64,000 nt of DNA from an uncultured Clostridia bacterium (GTDB taxonomy: Bacteria; Bacillota; Clostridia; Christensenellales; UBA1242), in assembly GCA_947062475.1 (NCBI GenBank), contig CAMSQA010000004.1, positions 12,793 through 76,792 of the forward strand, given 5' to 3'. Position 1 is the first letter of the stretch. Each line of letters begins with the position of its first letter. Below the pieces are notes generated by a model, which made no database searches, had not been told where the DNA came from, and saw only the letters and a list, made by a program, of their open reading frames with translations. Of the stretch, positions 18,355 through 28,300 are shown piece after piece. A program made the translations under genes and the position numbers.

Positions 18355-18909
18355 ATCAATATTAATAAGTTTTTCATAAATGATTTCGTAAATGCTAGGA
18401 GCATTTGTTTTCCATTTGTGGACTGCTTCATTTGCACTTTGTCTTGTTGGAGCTTTGATTGTCAAAACAAACATAGGTGCGGTTGATTGAGGCTCATAAA
18501 TTTTAAGTTCTACATTATATGACCCATCTTCATTTTTGCGATAGGTTGAACTATATTCTTGGGAGGATTTGACATTGAGTTTGTTTGCCTGCAAATATGA
18601 AGAAATTTCTTCACGTTTTTCAAGTGAAAGTCGTCTATACAAATGCGACAAACATTCTCGACCTTCATAGGTGAGAGTAAAAAGTTCTTTACTGTCTTCA
18701 TCATTGCTTATTTTATATAATAACTTCGCATCTACCAAATCATGAATAATTGTTTTGCAATCCATATAGTTTTTTATCCATTCATTTTTGATAGAACAAA
18801 TATCTAAAATAGAATCCTCAGTCAAAGGAAATTCCATTTTATCAACAACAAACAGCATAGTGAGTTTATCTTGAACAATTCTTTCTTTTTCGCTCGGTAA
18901 CTTATTCAT
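18352..18909 (-). CDS. DUF4364-like protein (186 aa)
   Basis: MNKLPSEKERIVQDKLTMLFVVDKMEFPLTEDSILDI... has the layout I associate with the clostridial DUF4364 family. The upstream 70 codons of the ORF-track ORF (to 19125) contain the promoter and are rejected. Confidence 0.55.
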   Translation of the reverse strand: MNKLPSEKERIVQDKLTMLFVVDKMEFPLTEDSILDICSIKNEWIKNYMDCKTIIHDLVDAKLLYKISNDEDSKELFTLTYEGRECLSHLYRRLSLEKREEISSYLQANKLNVKSSQEYSSTYRKNEDGSYNVELKIYEPQSTAPMFVLTIKAPTRQSANEAVHKWKTNAPSIYEIIYEKLINID

Positions 18910-18916
18910 ATGTAAT

Positions 18917-18944
18917 ATTATATCACAATTTTTAAATAAATCAA
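18917..18944 (-). promoter_or_regulatory. Sigma-A-type extended -10 promoter of the DUF4364-like gene
   Basis: On the minus strand: TTGATT (18944-18939), 16-nt spacer, TGaTATAAT (-10 hexamer at 18922-18917). Only 7 nt separate the -10 from ATG 18909. Confidence 0.5.
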
Positions 18945-19045
18945 ATTCTTTTATTTGCATTTTTAATTTTAATATGATATAATCATCTATATATTGAAAA
19001 TTTTTTTTGCAAATCAATATTTTAAATATAATAATGTGAGGTTTT

Positions 19046-19762
19046 ATGGAAAACAACAATTTTGAAAATTTTTTAAATTCTTGTGATGAACTTATCAATT
19101 GTAAGTTTTTGGTAGCCGAATACAAACTTCAAAAGATGTTGCAAGAACTTGCAAATACCCAAGAAATTTGTTCGCTTATAGGTGAATGTTTGGAATCTTT
19201 TAATCGTGATAGAGAGTTTTCAAAATCCTTTGTGCAAGATGGAAATGGAGAATTTATGTTTATTCTTCCTGACGAAGAATATAAAATCTTAGCTTTGGTT
19301 TTTTGCACACTTGTTGATATTGATGCCAAAAAGATAGATTTCACAGACTTTGTAAAACGATTTTTTGGCAGTAGTGAAAATCCATATAAAGCTTTTGTAA
19401 ATGCAATGATAATTCCTTTTAAGAGTTTGATAGTAGAGGCTTTTGGCTTTTTGAATAATGAAGAAAAAAACTCTCAAGAAATTCAAGAAGAAGTAGAAGA
19501 AGGTGATTATCAAGAAGAGGAAGAGGTTGATGCTGACTTGTTTGACCATGCTCAAAAAATTGCAGTGCAGATCATTGGTCAGCTTGAATATGCAAGAGAT
19601 GATTATGCAAATTCATTAGCTATGCAAGTTTGCAGAGCCATCGTAAAAACATCATCGATGTGTGATGCAGATGTTACTGCTTCTCTTGCAATTGCTCTTA
19701 AAGCGTGCAAAGCAAAACAGGTGAAATTTTTGGTTAAAGAACTTTGTGGTTTGTTTGAATAA
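19046..19762 (+). CDS. Hypothetical acidic protein (238 aa), family not recognised
   Basis: RBS gtgagg; clean ORF; central poly-acidic stretch EEVEEGDYQEEEEVDAD; a terminator follows. Confidence 0.65.
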   Translation: MENNNFENFLNSCDELINCKFLVAEYKLQKMLQELANTQEICSLIGECLESFNRDREFSKSFVQDGNGEFMFILPDEEYKILALVFCTLVDIDAKKIDFTDFVKRFFGSSENPYKAFVNAMIIPFKSLIVEAFGFLNNEEKNSQEIQEEVEEGDYQEEEEVDADLFDHAQKIAVQIIGQLEYARDDYANSLAMQVCRAIVKTSSMCDADVTASLAIALKACKAKQVKFLVKELCGLFE

Positions 19763-19763
19763 T

Positions 19764-19796
19764 AAAAAAAATCCTTATGTATTAGGATTTTTTTTG
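19764..19796. terminator. Bidirectional Rho-independent terminator
   Basis: aaaaaaaatcct-tatgtat-aggatttttttt hairpin between convergent genes. Confidence 0.75.
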
Positions 19797-19859
19797 TTTA
19801 GAAACGCAAGAATAACACGAATGAAATGAGTGTTTTCTTATAAAAAGAAAATTAAGACA

Positions 19860-20783
19860 TTAAATTAAAAGCACAAATATTAGTGCAATGCAGGCACTTA
19901 ATACAGCATGAGTGAATTTTTGCAAACAAAACAACTTGACAGGCATTTTTAATCTTGACAGCATTGATAAAGATTGTAAGATTGTTGAAATTCCGCCAAA
20001 ACTAATAACAAAAGTTGCAGGGACTATGGCAAGTTTTCCAGAATAACTTTGTGAAATATCAATACAACCTTTTGTAATTTCAACCAGTCCTTCTAATATA
20101 CTTGATATCTGAGGAGGAAAGAGATTGAAAAAGGGTGAAAGTGAAGTTATCACAACAAAAAATATTGCAATAATAGTGCCAACTATAATTATGCTTAAAG
20201 CTGAGTCTGCAATGATTGATGATAAATCAAAACTCTTTGTTAAGCTTTGGGCTTCTTTATCGGAAATATTTTCATCTTCAACCTTTAGATTGCGATAAAT
20301 TATGCCATTCAATAGAGCCCCAAAAATATGTGCAATAAATATTATAATTCCAAAAATATGGTTTTTTAGCATTGCACTTCCAACAGCACCTATTATAAAC
20401 ATAGGGCCTGATGTTGAACAAAAACTGCACATTTTAAAAGCATCAGATTTTGAAATTTTTTTATTTTCATATAGCTCTGCCGTCATCTTTGCACCAACAG
20501 GATATCCGGAAATCATGCTGGTCACAAACACAAGTGAAGAGGGGGCAGATGTCTTAAAAATACATCTGCAAGGTTTCTCAAAAATTTTTGAAAACTTGTC
20601 CAATGAGCCAAGTGAAGTAAGTAATTTTACAAAAAAGATAAAAGGTAAAACACTTGGTAAAACATTGAAAGCCCATGCAGAAATTCCATTTAAGGTTTGA
20701 CTTATATATAGCGATGGTGAAATGACCATATTTATTATAATATACAGCACAAAAATTGATAAAATTGTGTTAGATTTTTTCAT
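19860..20783 (-). CDS. ylbJ: Nucleoside-recognition (Gate) domain membrane protein, YlbJ-like
   Basis: Polytopic membrane protein. The N-terminus ..SPSLYISQTLNGISAWAFNVLPSVLPFIFFVKLL.. resembles sporulation integral membrane protein YlbJ. RBS ggag. Confidence 0.55.
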   Translation of the reverse strand: MKKSNTILSIFVLYIIINMVISPSLYISQTLNGISAWAFNVLPSVLPFIFFVKLLTSLGSLDKFSKIFEKPCRCIFKTSAPSSLVFVTSMISGYPVGAKMTAELYENKKISKSDAFKMCSFCSTSGPMFIIGAVGSAMLKNHIFGIIIFIAHIFGALLNGIIYRNLKVEDENISDKEAQSLTKSFDLSSIIADSALSIIIVGTIIAIFFVVITSLSPFFNLFPPQISSILEGLVEITKGCIDISQSYSGKLAIVPATFVISFGGISTILQSLSMLSRLKMPVKLFCLQKFTHAVLSACIALIFVLLI

Positions 20784-20799
20784 TTAATGCTCCAAAAAT

Positions 20800-20829
20800 T
20801 TGACATGTATAATTAAAATTTGTTATAAT
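20800..20829 (+). promoter_or_regulatory. Sigma-A-type promoter of pta-ackA
   Basis: TTGACA (20800-20805), 18-nt spacer, TGtTATAAT (-10 at 20824-20829). Confidence 0.5.
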
Positions 20830-20916
20830 TACTATTGATTATTGAATTTATTTATTTCAAAACAACAATATATAGATAAATTTATTCAATAAAACACAAT
20901 TTTAGAAGGAATGATT

Positions 20917-21903
20917 ATGAAAATTAATGATATTTACAAGAAAGCAAAATTATTGCATAAGTCAATTGTTTTTCCTGAAGCAGGATTTAGTGATAGAACT
21001 TTGCAAGCGGTGAAAACAATTAGAAAAAAAGGTATTGCTAAACCTATCTTAATTGGTGACGAAAGTGCACTTATTTTGAGAGATAAAAGTCTTTCTCAAT
21101 TTGAAATTATAAATCCACTTACTTTTACTTCAAAAGATGAAATTGTAAATTGTCTTTATGAAAAAAGAAAATCAAAAGGTATGACAATTGAGGAAGCAGA
21201 AGAATTGGCAAAAGACCCATATTATTTTGCAACTCTGCTTGTTGAATGTGGTTATGCTGATGGAATGGTTGCAGGAGCTGAAGCGTCTACAGCAAACACT
21301 GTTCGTCCAGCTCTTCAAATAATAAAAGCAAAAAAGAAGGGTGATATTGTATCTTCATGCTTTTTAATGTTTGGTAAAAATAAATTCTTGGGTAAAAAAT
21401 GTTTGATATTATCAGATTGCGGAGTTATCAAACACCCAAATGAAAATGAACTATGTCAAATAGCATCACAAAGTGTGGAAACGTTTGAAGCTCTTGATCT
21501 TGATTCTTCCCCAAGAGTTGCATTTCTTTCCTTTTCTTCAAAAGGTTCTGCAGAAGATGAGAGCTTAGATAAAATAAAAGATGCTTATGAAAAGTTTAAA
21601 AGAAAGGGATATTGTTGCGATGGAGAAATTCAATTTGATGCAGCTATGGTAAAAAAGGTTTATAAACAAAAATGTCCAGATAGTCCTTTGCAGGGCAATG
21701 CAAATATTTTGATTTTCCCTGATTTAAATAGTGGAAATATCTGTTATAAGGCTATGCAATATATGGGCGGGGTGAAAGCTATCGGACCTATTTTGCAAGG
21801 TTTAAATAAACCAATAAATGATCTTTCAAGAGGTTGTTCAGTTGAAGATATAGTTGCAATGACAGCAGTGACAGTTTTGCAGGCAAAAAAGGAGGAAAAA
21901 TAA
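20917..21903 (+). CDS. pta: Phosphate acetyltransferase
   Basis: IVFPEAGFSDRTLQA, ADGMVAGAEASTANTVRPALQIIK, SGNICYKAMQY and DLSRGCSVEDIV. ATG 20917 has better SD spacing than ATG 20911. Confidence 0.92.
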   Translation: MKINDIYKKAKLLHKSIVFPEAGFSDRTLQAVKTIRKKGIAKPILIGDESALILRDKSLSQFEIINPLTFTSKDEIVNCLYEKRKSKGMTIEEAEELAKDPYYFATLLVECGYADGMVAGAEASTANTVRPALQIIKAKKKGDIVSSCFLMFGKNKFLGKKCLILSDCGVIKHPNENELCQIASQSVETFEALDLDSSPRVAFLSFSSKGSAEDESLDKIKDAYEKFKRKGYCCDGEIQFDAAMVKKVYKQKCPDSPLQGNANILIFPDLNSGNICYKAMQYMGGVKAIGPILQGLNKPINDLSRGCSVEDIVAMTAVTVLQAKKEEK

Positions 21904-23094
21904 ATGAAAACTTTGGTTTTAAATGCGGGTAGTTCATCCTTAAAATTTCAACTTATGGATATGAATGATGAAAAATTAATTGCAAAAGGAAATTGTGAGA
22001 AAATAGGTCTAAATGATTCTACAATTACTCTTAAAGCAAATGGAAATGTAAAAATATTTAATATAAAATTGAACAATCATCAAGAGGCAATGGAACATGT
22101 TTTAAAAATTCTCTGTGATAAAGAAAATAATATAATTTCAAATTTATCAGAGATAGAAGCTGTAGGTCATAGAGTCCTTCATGGTGGAGAAAAATTTAAA
22201 AAATCAACATTGATTGATAAAAAAGTTTTAGAAGAACTTAAACAGTTGATACCTTTAGGACCTTTACATCAACCTGCAAATATACAGGGAATTGAAGCTT
22301 GTATGCAATTGATGCCAGGCGTCCCTCAAGTGGCAGTTTTTGATACAGAATTTCACTCAACTTTGCCAGACTATGCTTATAGATATGCAATTCCAAAAGA
22401 AGCTTATACAAAGTGGTCTATAAGAAAATATGGCTTTCATGGAACATCTCATAAATATATCGCAGGGGAACTTGCTAAGATATTAAATAAAAAAGGGAAA
22501 TTTATCATTTGTCATATTGGAAATGGTGCGTCTATTTCAGCAGTAAACGATGGGAAATGTCTTGATACTTCAATGGGTTTCACTCCACTTGAAGGTTTGA
22601 TTATGGGGACAAGATCAGGCGATATTGACCCTGCAGTAGTAGAAAGAATAATGGATATGACAGGAAAAAATATTCATGAAACTTTAAACTATCTAAACAA
22701 ACAAAGCGGGCTTTTGGGCATTAGTGGTATTTCAAGTGATATAAGAGATATTCAAGCTCAAGCAGAAAACAACGCTGACGCTAAACTTGCTGTAGATATG
22801 CTTTGTTATAGAGTTAAAAAATATATCGGAGAATATATTGCAGTTTTAAATGGTGTTGATGCAATCGTGTTTACTGCAGGAACAGGTGAAAACAGACCAG
22901 AAATAAGACAACAAATTTTGGAAGGTTTAGATTGGCTTGGTATTGAAGTTGATAAAGATAAAAACTACAACTTCACTCGCGGGGAAGTTTGTGACATAAC
23001 AGGCAAAAATTCAAGATGCAAAATTTATGTTATGCCTACAGATGAAGAACTTCTCATTGCAAGAGATACAAAAGCATTGGCAAAGAAAAATTAA
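21904..23094 (+). CDS. ackA: Acetate kinase
   Basis: LVLNAGSSSLKFQL, GHRVLHGGEKF, GFHGTSHKY and HIGNGASISAV, among others. Confidence 0.95.
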   Translation: MKTLVLNAGSSSLKFQLMDMNDEKLIAKGNCEKIGLNDSTITLKANGNVKIFNIKLNNHQEAMEHVLKILCDKENNIISNLSEIEAVGHRVLHGGEKFKKSTLIDKKVLEELKQLIPLGPLHQPANIQGIEACMQLMPGVPQVAVFDTEFHSTLPDYAYRYAIPKEAYTKWSIRKYGFHGTSHKYIAGELAKILNKKGKFIICHIGNGASISAVNDGKCLDTSMGFTPLEGLIMGTRSGDIDPAVVERIMDMTGKNIHETLNYLNKQSGLLGISGISSDIRDIQAQAENNADAKLAVDMLCYRVKKYIGEYIAVLNGVDAIVFTAGTGENRPEIRQQILEGLDWLGIEVDKDKNYNFTRGEVCDITGKNSRCKIYVMPTDEELLIARDTKALAKKN

Positions 23095-23127
23095 AATTTA
23101 AATTAATTATAATGTTAATTAAAATGC

Positions 23128-23156
23128 TTGACAAAAGTATAAACCTTTGATATAAT
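23128..23156 (+). promoter_or_regulatory. Consensus sigma-A promoter of rpmF
   Basis: TTGACA (23128-23133), exactly 17 nt, TATAAT (23151-23156). Confidence 0.6.
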
Positions 23157-23189
23157 AAGTCAGCATGATGATTTTTGAAGGAGGAAAAA

Positions 23190-23381
23190 ATGGCAGTTCC
23201 AAAGCATAAGGTTTCAAAAGCAAGAAGAAATTCAAGACACTCTGCAAATTCAGTTGCAGTTGCTCCTACACTTGTTGAATGTCCAAAATGTCATGAGATG
23301 AAAAAACCTCATACAGTTTGCAAAAAGTGTGGAACTTATAAGGGTGAAACCATTATCGAAAAGAAAGAAGAAAATAAATAA
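23190..23381 (+). CDS. rpmF: 50S ribosomal protein L32
   Basis: MAVPKHKVSKARRNSRHSA.., CPKC..CKKCG zinc ribbon, RBS gaaggagg. The ORF-track start 23175 is an upstream TTG. Confidence 0.93.
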   Translation: MAVPKHKVSKARRNSRHSANSVAVAPTLVECPKCHEMKKPHTVCKKCGTYKGETIIEKKEENK

Positions 23382-23386
23382 TAAAT

Positions 23387-23420
23387 AAAAAGCTTTCGCA
23401 TAGCGAGAGCTTTTTATTTT
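23387..23420 (+). terminator. Rho-independent terminator after rpmF
   Basis: aaaagctttcgc-ata-gcgagagctttt hairpin (one G.U pair) plus a T-run. Confidence 0.75.
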
Positions 23421-23513
23421 TAAAAACAAATTACCATATATTGTATTTTGTCTTGCATGCATAATACTATATATTGTGCTATGATTATAAATATAGAAAT
23501 TTAAAAATTTTTA

Positions 23514-23542
23514 TTGCAAATTTTTTTGTTTTTTGTTATAGT
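23514..23542 (+). promoter_or_regulatory. Sigma-A-type promoter of plsX
   Basis: TTGCAA (23514-23519), 17-nt spacer, TATAGT (23537-23542) preceded by TGt. Confidence 0.45.
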
Positions 23543-23622
23543 ATAAGAGTATATATTTAATATATATCTTATATGTGTAAATATTAAAAATAATCATTAG
23601 AAATTAAATAAAGGAAAATTTT

Positions 23623-24648
23623 ATGAAAATTGTAGTTGATGCTTTTGGTGGAGATAATGCACCACTTGAAATTGTCGAAGGTGTAAAACTAGCACTTAAA
23701 AAAAATAAAGATTTGGAAATTGTGCTTTGTGGCAAAGAAGAAACTTTAAGACAAATGATTGTAGGTTTTGAAAATCGCATTGAAATAATAGATGCAGATG
23801 AAATCATCGAAAATGGCGAGCATCCAACTTTTGCTATAAGAAAAAAGAAAAATTCTTCTCTTGTGAGAGCTTATGACATTTTGAAAGAAAGAGAAGATGT
23901 AATTGGATTAGTTTCTGCAGGTAGCACTGGTGCAGTTCTTGCTGGTGCAATTATGAAAATAGGAAGAATTAAAGGAATTTCAAGACCAGCTCTTGCACCT
24001 ATTTTGCCAACTAAGAAAGATAATGATGTGATAATCATTGACAGCGGTGCAAATGTTGACTGTAAGCCAGTCAATCTGTTGCATTTTGCACTTATGGGCT
24101 CGGCATATTATTCAATCATTTACAACACTTCAAATCCTAGAGTAGCACTTTTGAACAATGGATCAGAAGAGGGTAAGGGAAATGAACTTGCAAAGGAAAC
24201 CTTTCCAATTCTTAAACAAGCTCCAATCAATTTTATTGGCAACAAAGAAGGCGGAGATTTTATGAGTGGTGAAGTGGACGTTATGGTGACAGATGGTTTT
24301 GCTGGAAATGCACTTTTAAAGGGCACTGAGGGTGCTGTTATGGCCGTTTTGTCTCTTCTTAAAAAGAGCATTAAATCCCATTTTTGGAGTAAAATTGGTG
24401 CATTGTTTATGAGTAAAACATTCAAAGAACTTAAAGGTCGCATTGATATTTTAAATAAACATGGTGGTTCACCATTACTTGGTTGTAAAAAGCTGGTTGT
24501 CAAAAATCATGGCTCTTGCAAACGAAACAATATCTGTTCTTCAATTCAGCAAACGATAGTTCTTCATAAAAAAGGACTTATAAGTCAAATCGAGAAAGCT
24601 CTTGAACAACTTAATTTAGATATTTCAACAACAGAAAATTTAAACTAA
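23623..24648 (+). CDS. plsX: Phosphate acyltransferase PlsX
   Basis: MKIVVDAFGGDNAP, SAGSTGAVLAGA, DGFAGNALLKGTEG and GGSPLLG. Confidence 0.93.
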   Translation: MKIVVDAFGGDNAPLEIVEGVKLALKKNKDLEIVLCGKEETLRQMIVGFENRIEIIDADEIIENGEHPTFAIRKKKNSSLVRAYDILKEREDVIGLVSAGSTGAVLAGAIMKIGRIKGISRPALAPILPTKKDNDVIIIDSGANVDCKPVNLLHFALMGSAYYSIIYNTSNPRVALLNNGSEEGKGNELAKETFPILKQAPINFIGNKEGGDFMSGEVDVMVTDGFAGNALLKGTEGAVMAVLSLLKKSIKSHFWSKIGALFMSKTFKELKGRIDILNKHGGSPLLGCKKLVVKNHGSCKRNNICSSIQQTIVLHKKGLISQIEKALEQLNLDISTTENLN

Positions 24649-24667
24649 AAAGGGATTGATATCTTAA

Positions 24668-25294
24668 ATGAAAAATTTATTTTATGATTTTAAAGACAAA
24701 AGCTTGCTGGAACAGGCACTTACTCATAGCTCAAAATCTCAAAAAAACTATGAAAGACTTGAGTTTTTAGGTGACGGCATATTAGACTTTGTTGTGGGTG
24801 AATATTTTTATCTCAATTGCAATGAAGGAGAAGGCAAATTAACTGTGCTGAGAAGTCATTATGTTTCAGAAAATTATTTGGCTAAAATATTCAATAAACT
24901 CAAACTTGAAAAGATGGTAAAACTTGGCAAAAGTTGTCAGGGAGAAATTTCAAAATCACTGAAATGTGACATTGTTGAAGCTATCATAGCTGCCATATAT
25001 CTAGATGGCGGTTTGGACAAGGCAAAGCAATTTATTTATACATATTTTGAACTTGAGAAATTTGAAAGTGTGATAGATGATAATTATAAATCTAGACTGC
25101 AAGAACTTATTCAGGGAAATTTTAAGTGCAAGATGAGCTATGAAACAAGGGCAACAAATGATGGTTTTATTTCTACATTTTTTATGGATGAAGATGAGAT
25201 TTCATCTGGAAGAGGTAAAAGCAAGGTTGAAGCTGAACAGTCTGCTGCAAAGAAAGCTATTGGCAAATTGTTTTTGATAAATGATGAAAAATAA
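24668..25294 (+). CDS. rnc: Ribonuclease III
   Basis: ERLEFLGDGILDFVV signature and a C-terminal dsRBD (GRGKSKVEAEQSAAKKAI). Confidence 0.9.
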   Translation: MKNLFYDFKDKSLLEQALTHSSKSQKNYERLEFLGDGILDFVVGEYFYLNCNEGEGKLTVLRSHYVSENYLAKIFNKLKLEKMVKLGKSCQGEISKSLKCDIVEAIIAAIYLDGGLDKAKQFIYTYFELEKFESVIDDNYKSRLQELIQGNFKCKMSYETRATNDGFISTFFMDEDEISSGRGKSKVEAEQSAAKKAIGKLFLINDEK

Positions 25295-25353
25295 AATTCT
25301 GAAAATGAATTTTTTAATTAATAATTTTACATTGTATAAAACGAGAGGAAAAA

Positions 25354-28300
25354 ATGATTTTTAAAAAAATTGAAATGGTTGGATTTAAGTCTTTCGCTGA
25401 AAGAACTGTGATTGAATTTGGAGATAATTTCACCGCAATTGTTGGACCAAATGGTTGTGGTAAAAGTAACGTCTCTGATGCTATTCGTTGGGTTTTGGGT
25501 GAACAAAGTGCCAAAACACTTCGTGGTGACAGCATGCAAGATGTCATTTTTAATGGCACAGAAAAAAGAAAGAGTTTATCATATTGTGAAGTGACTCTTA
25601 CTTTTGACAACTCGACAAGATTTTTCAATTTTGATTATGACGAACTTGCGATTACTAGAAAACTTTATCGCTCGGGTGAAAGTGAATATCTGATCAATCG
25701 AAATACCTGTCATTTGAAGGATATTACAAATCTTCTTTACAACAGTGGACTTGGGAAAAATGGATATTCAGTTGTCAGTCAAGGAAAAGTCACCGAACTT
25801 GTTGATTCAAAGCCTGAAAACAGACGTGCCATGTTTGAAGATGCTGCTGGTATATCAAAATATAAAAATGATAAACGTGAAGCGGAACGTAAACTTGATA
25901 GAACAAACGATAATTTGACCCGTGTAAAAGATATTTTGTCAGAAATTGAAAGACAAATGGGACCACTTAAGAAACAGGCTGAAAATGCAAAAAAATATCT
26001 TGAATATAAGGCAAATCTAAAAGACCTTGAGGTCAATGCTTATATTTTCCAGTATGAAAATGCAAATAATGTAAAAGAAGCGATAAACTTAAAACTTGAT
26101 GCAATAAACAGACAGCTTGCACAAAGAGAGGGAGATATTGCAAAAGCCAATGAAGATTATGACAAGTGCATGTTTGACCTTGCAAATTTTGATAAAGTTT
26201 TGGCTTCTTTAAATGAAAAAATTCTTGATATAACAGTAAACCTTGAAAAGCAGGAAGGAGAAACAAAACTTGCACGTGAAAGAGTTAATTTCACTTTGAA
26301 AGAAAATGATAGATTAAATCTTGATAAGACCAACTGTGAAAGAGCAATTGAAATCGGCACTGAAGAAAAGTGCAAGAAGGAAGAACAGCTTAAGAGTTTA
26401 AAAGCTGATTTAGAGGCTCTTGAAAGGGCATTTGATGAACTTAGCGAAAGTTATCTTAAAATTGCCAATGAATTGACTTTAAGCGAAGATGAAGCAGGTC
26501 AAAGTCAACAAAAGGTGATTGAGACACTTGGCTCTCTTAGTGATATTAAAAGTTCGGTTTCAAGACTTTTAGCTGAAAAAGAACTTTTATCTACCAATCT
26601 TGTCAATCTTCAAACTGATATTACATCTCTTTCTTCAAAGAAAAATGAAAATGAGGCAAGTTTAAATGAAATAAAGGCTGACCTTGAAGAAAAAGAAAAT
26701 AATTTACAATCTTTAAAGACTGAGGTTGACAATTTAGCTAGTCAAAATTATATTCATGAAAGAAAAATCAAAGAGCTTGAAAATGAAAAAGCCAATACGA
26801 TTACTCAAATAAAAGTTTTTGAAAACAGAAAAAAACTTTTGACAGATCTTCAAAATGAATATGATGGTTATTCTTACGCAGTAAAAAAACTTCTTAAAGA
26901 AGGCGACAGAAATCCTGTCATTAAAGATAAAATTGTAGGTGTTGTAGCCTCTCTTATTAAAGTGCCTGAAAAGTTTGAAACTGCAGTTGAAGTTGCACTT
27001 GGTGGAAGTTTGCAAAATATTGTCACTTATGATGAAGAAGGTGCAAAATATCTTATTAGATTTTTAAAAGAGCACTCTTTTGGTCGAGCAACATTTCTGC
27101 CAATTACATCAATGAAGAGACGAGAATTTGATAAACGTCTTATTTCTGGTGTCAATGGTTGTTTTGGACTTGCAAGTGAACTTGTAGATTTTGATTCTAA
27201 TATTTCTAGTGTGGTAAGCAACCTTTTAGGTGCTACTGTCATTGTTGATAATCTTGAAACAGCAGTTTCTCTTGCAAAAACAACGCGTTATTCGTTTAGG
27301 ATTGTGACTTTGGAAGGTGATATTGTAAATCCACAAGGTTCTCTTACAGGTGGAAGTAAGAAGGCAGAATCATCAAATCTTATGGGAAGAGAACGCGAAA
27401 TCGAAAATCTTGGAATAGATATTGCAAAACTGGAAACTAGACTTAAAACTATTGAGCAAGAAGAGGCAAATCTTAGTGGTGATCTATCAAACAAAAAGGC
27501 TAATTTTGCTTTGCTTACTGAAAAGAAAAACAATCTTGAAATTATAATTGCTTCAAGCAAAGAAAAACTTGATAAATATCAATCCGCATTAGCAGAAGCA
27601 GAAGATAATTTGAAGGTTGCTCAGATGGAAGAAGAAACGGTTCAAAACAAAATAAACCTAATTTCTGACGAACTTTCTCGTTCCGAAAAGATTGAATCTG
27701 CACTTTCTGGCAATAAAGAAGATGCAGATGAACTTATAAAAGAGAAAAAAGAGCAATTTGAGGCTTTAAGAAACCAAAGAGAGCAGATAAATAAAAATAT
27801 ATTAACTGTAAAAGTTGAAATAGCAGAAGCTAAGACAAAGATTTCTTCAATTGAAGAAGATTTGCTTAGAATAAATAATGAACTTGGCAGACAGAAATCA
27901 AATGAAAAGAATATAATCGAGCAAATCTCGCAAAATGAACAGTTTATTCTCTCATGTGAAGAGATGATAAAACAAAAACTTGCATCTGCACCAATGTCGG
28001 ATAAAAAGGTTGAACTTGAACAATATATTTTAAAACGACAAATTGCAGAAGAGGACAAGGCAAAACTCTCTGATAAAATAAAAGAACTTGATAATTTTAA
28101 AACTTCACTTATGAGTGAAATATCAAATATCAAAGATAAAAAGTTTAAGGAAGAGATGAATCTTTCAAAAGTGGATACCGAACTTGAACAAATGCAAGAA
28201 CGTATTTATGAAGAATATTCACTTTCTTATTCTACCTGTCTTGAATTTAGACGTCCTGATTTTAATATTGATGTTGCAATGCCAGAGATAGCAAAATTAA

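Noticed and set aside
18301-18486. 61-aa + strand ORF starting at the end of the small coiled-coil gene
   Set aside because: It runs straight through the bidirectional terminator and antisense into the DUF4364-like gene.
18910-19125. N-terminal 72-codon extension of the DUF4364-like ORF
   Set aside because: It contains a good TTGATT-16-TGaTATAAT promoter for the downstream ATG. There is no RBS at ATG 19125 or 18960. The extension overlaps the start of the divergent gene at 19046.
27642-28133. 163-aa antisense ORF inside smc, and similar antisense ORFs at 2749-3222, 7074-7541, 24120-24503 and 60734-61180
   Set aside because: All are embedded antisense in well-supported conserved genes. Their translations are low complexity and they have no ribosome-binding sites.
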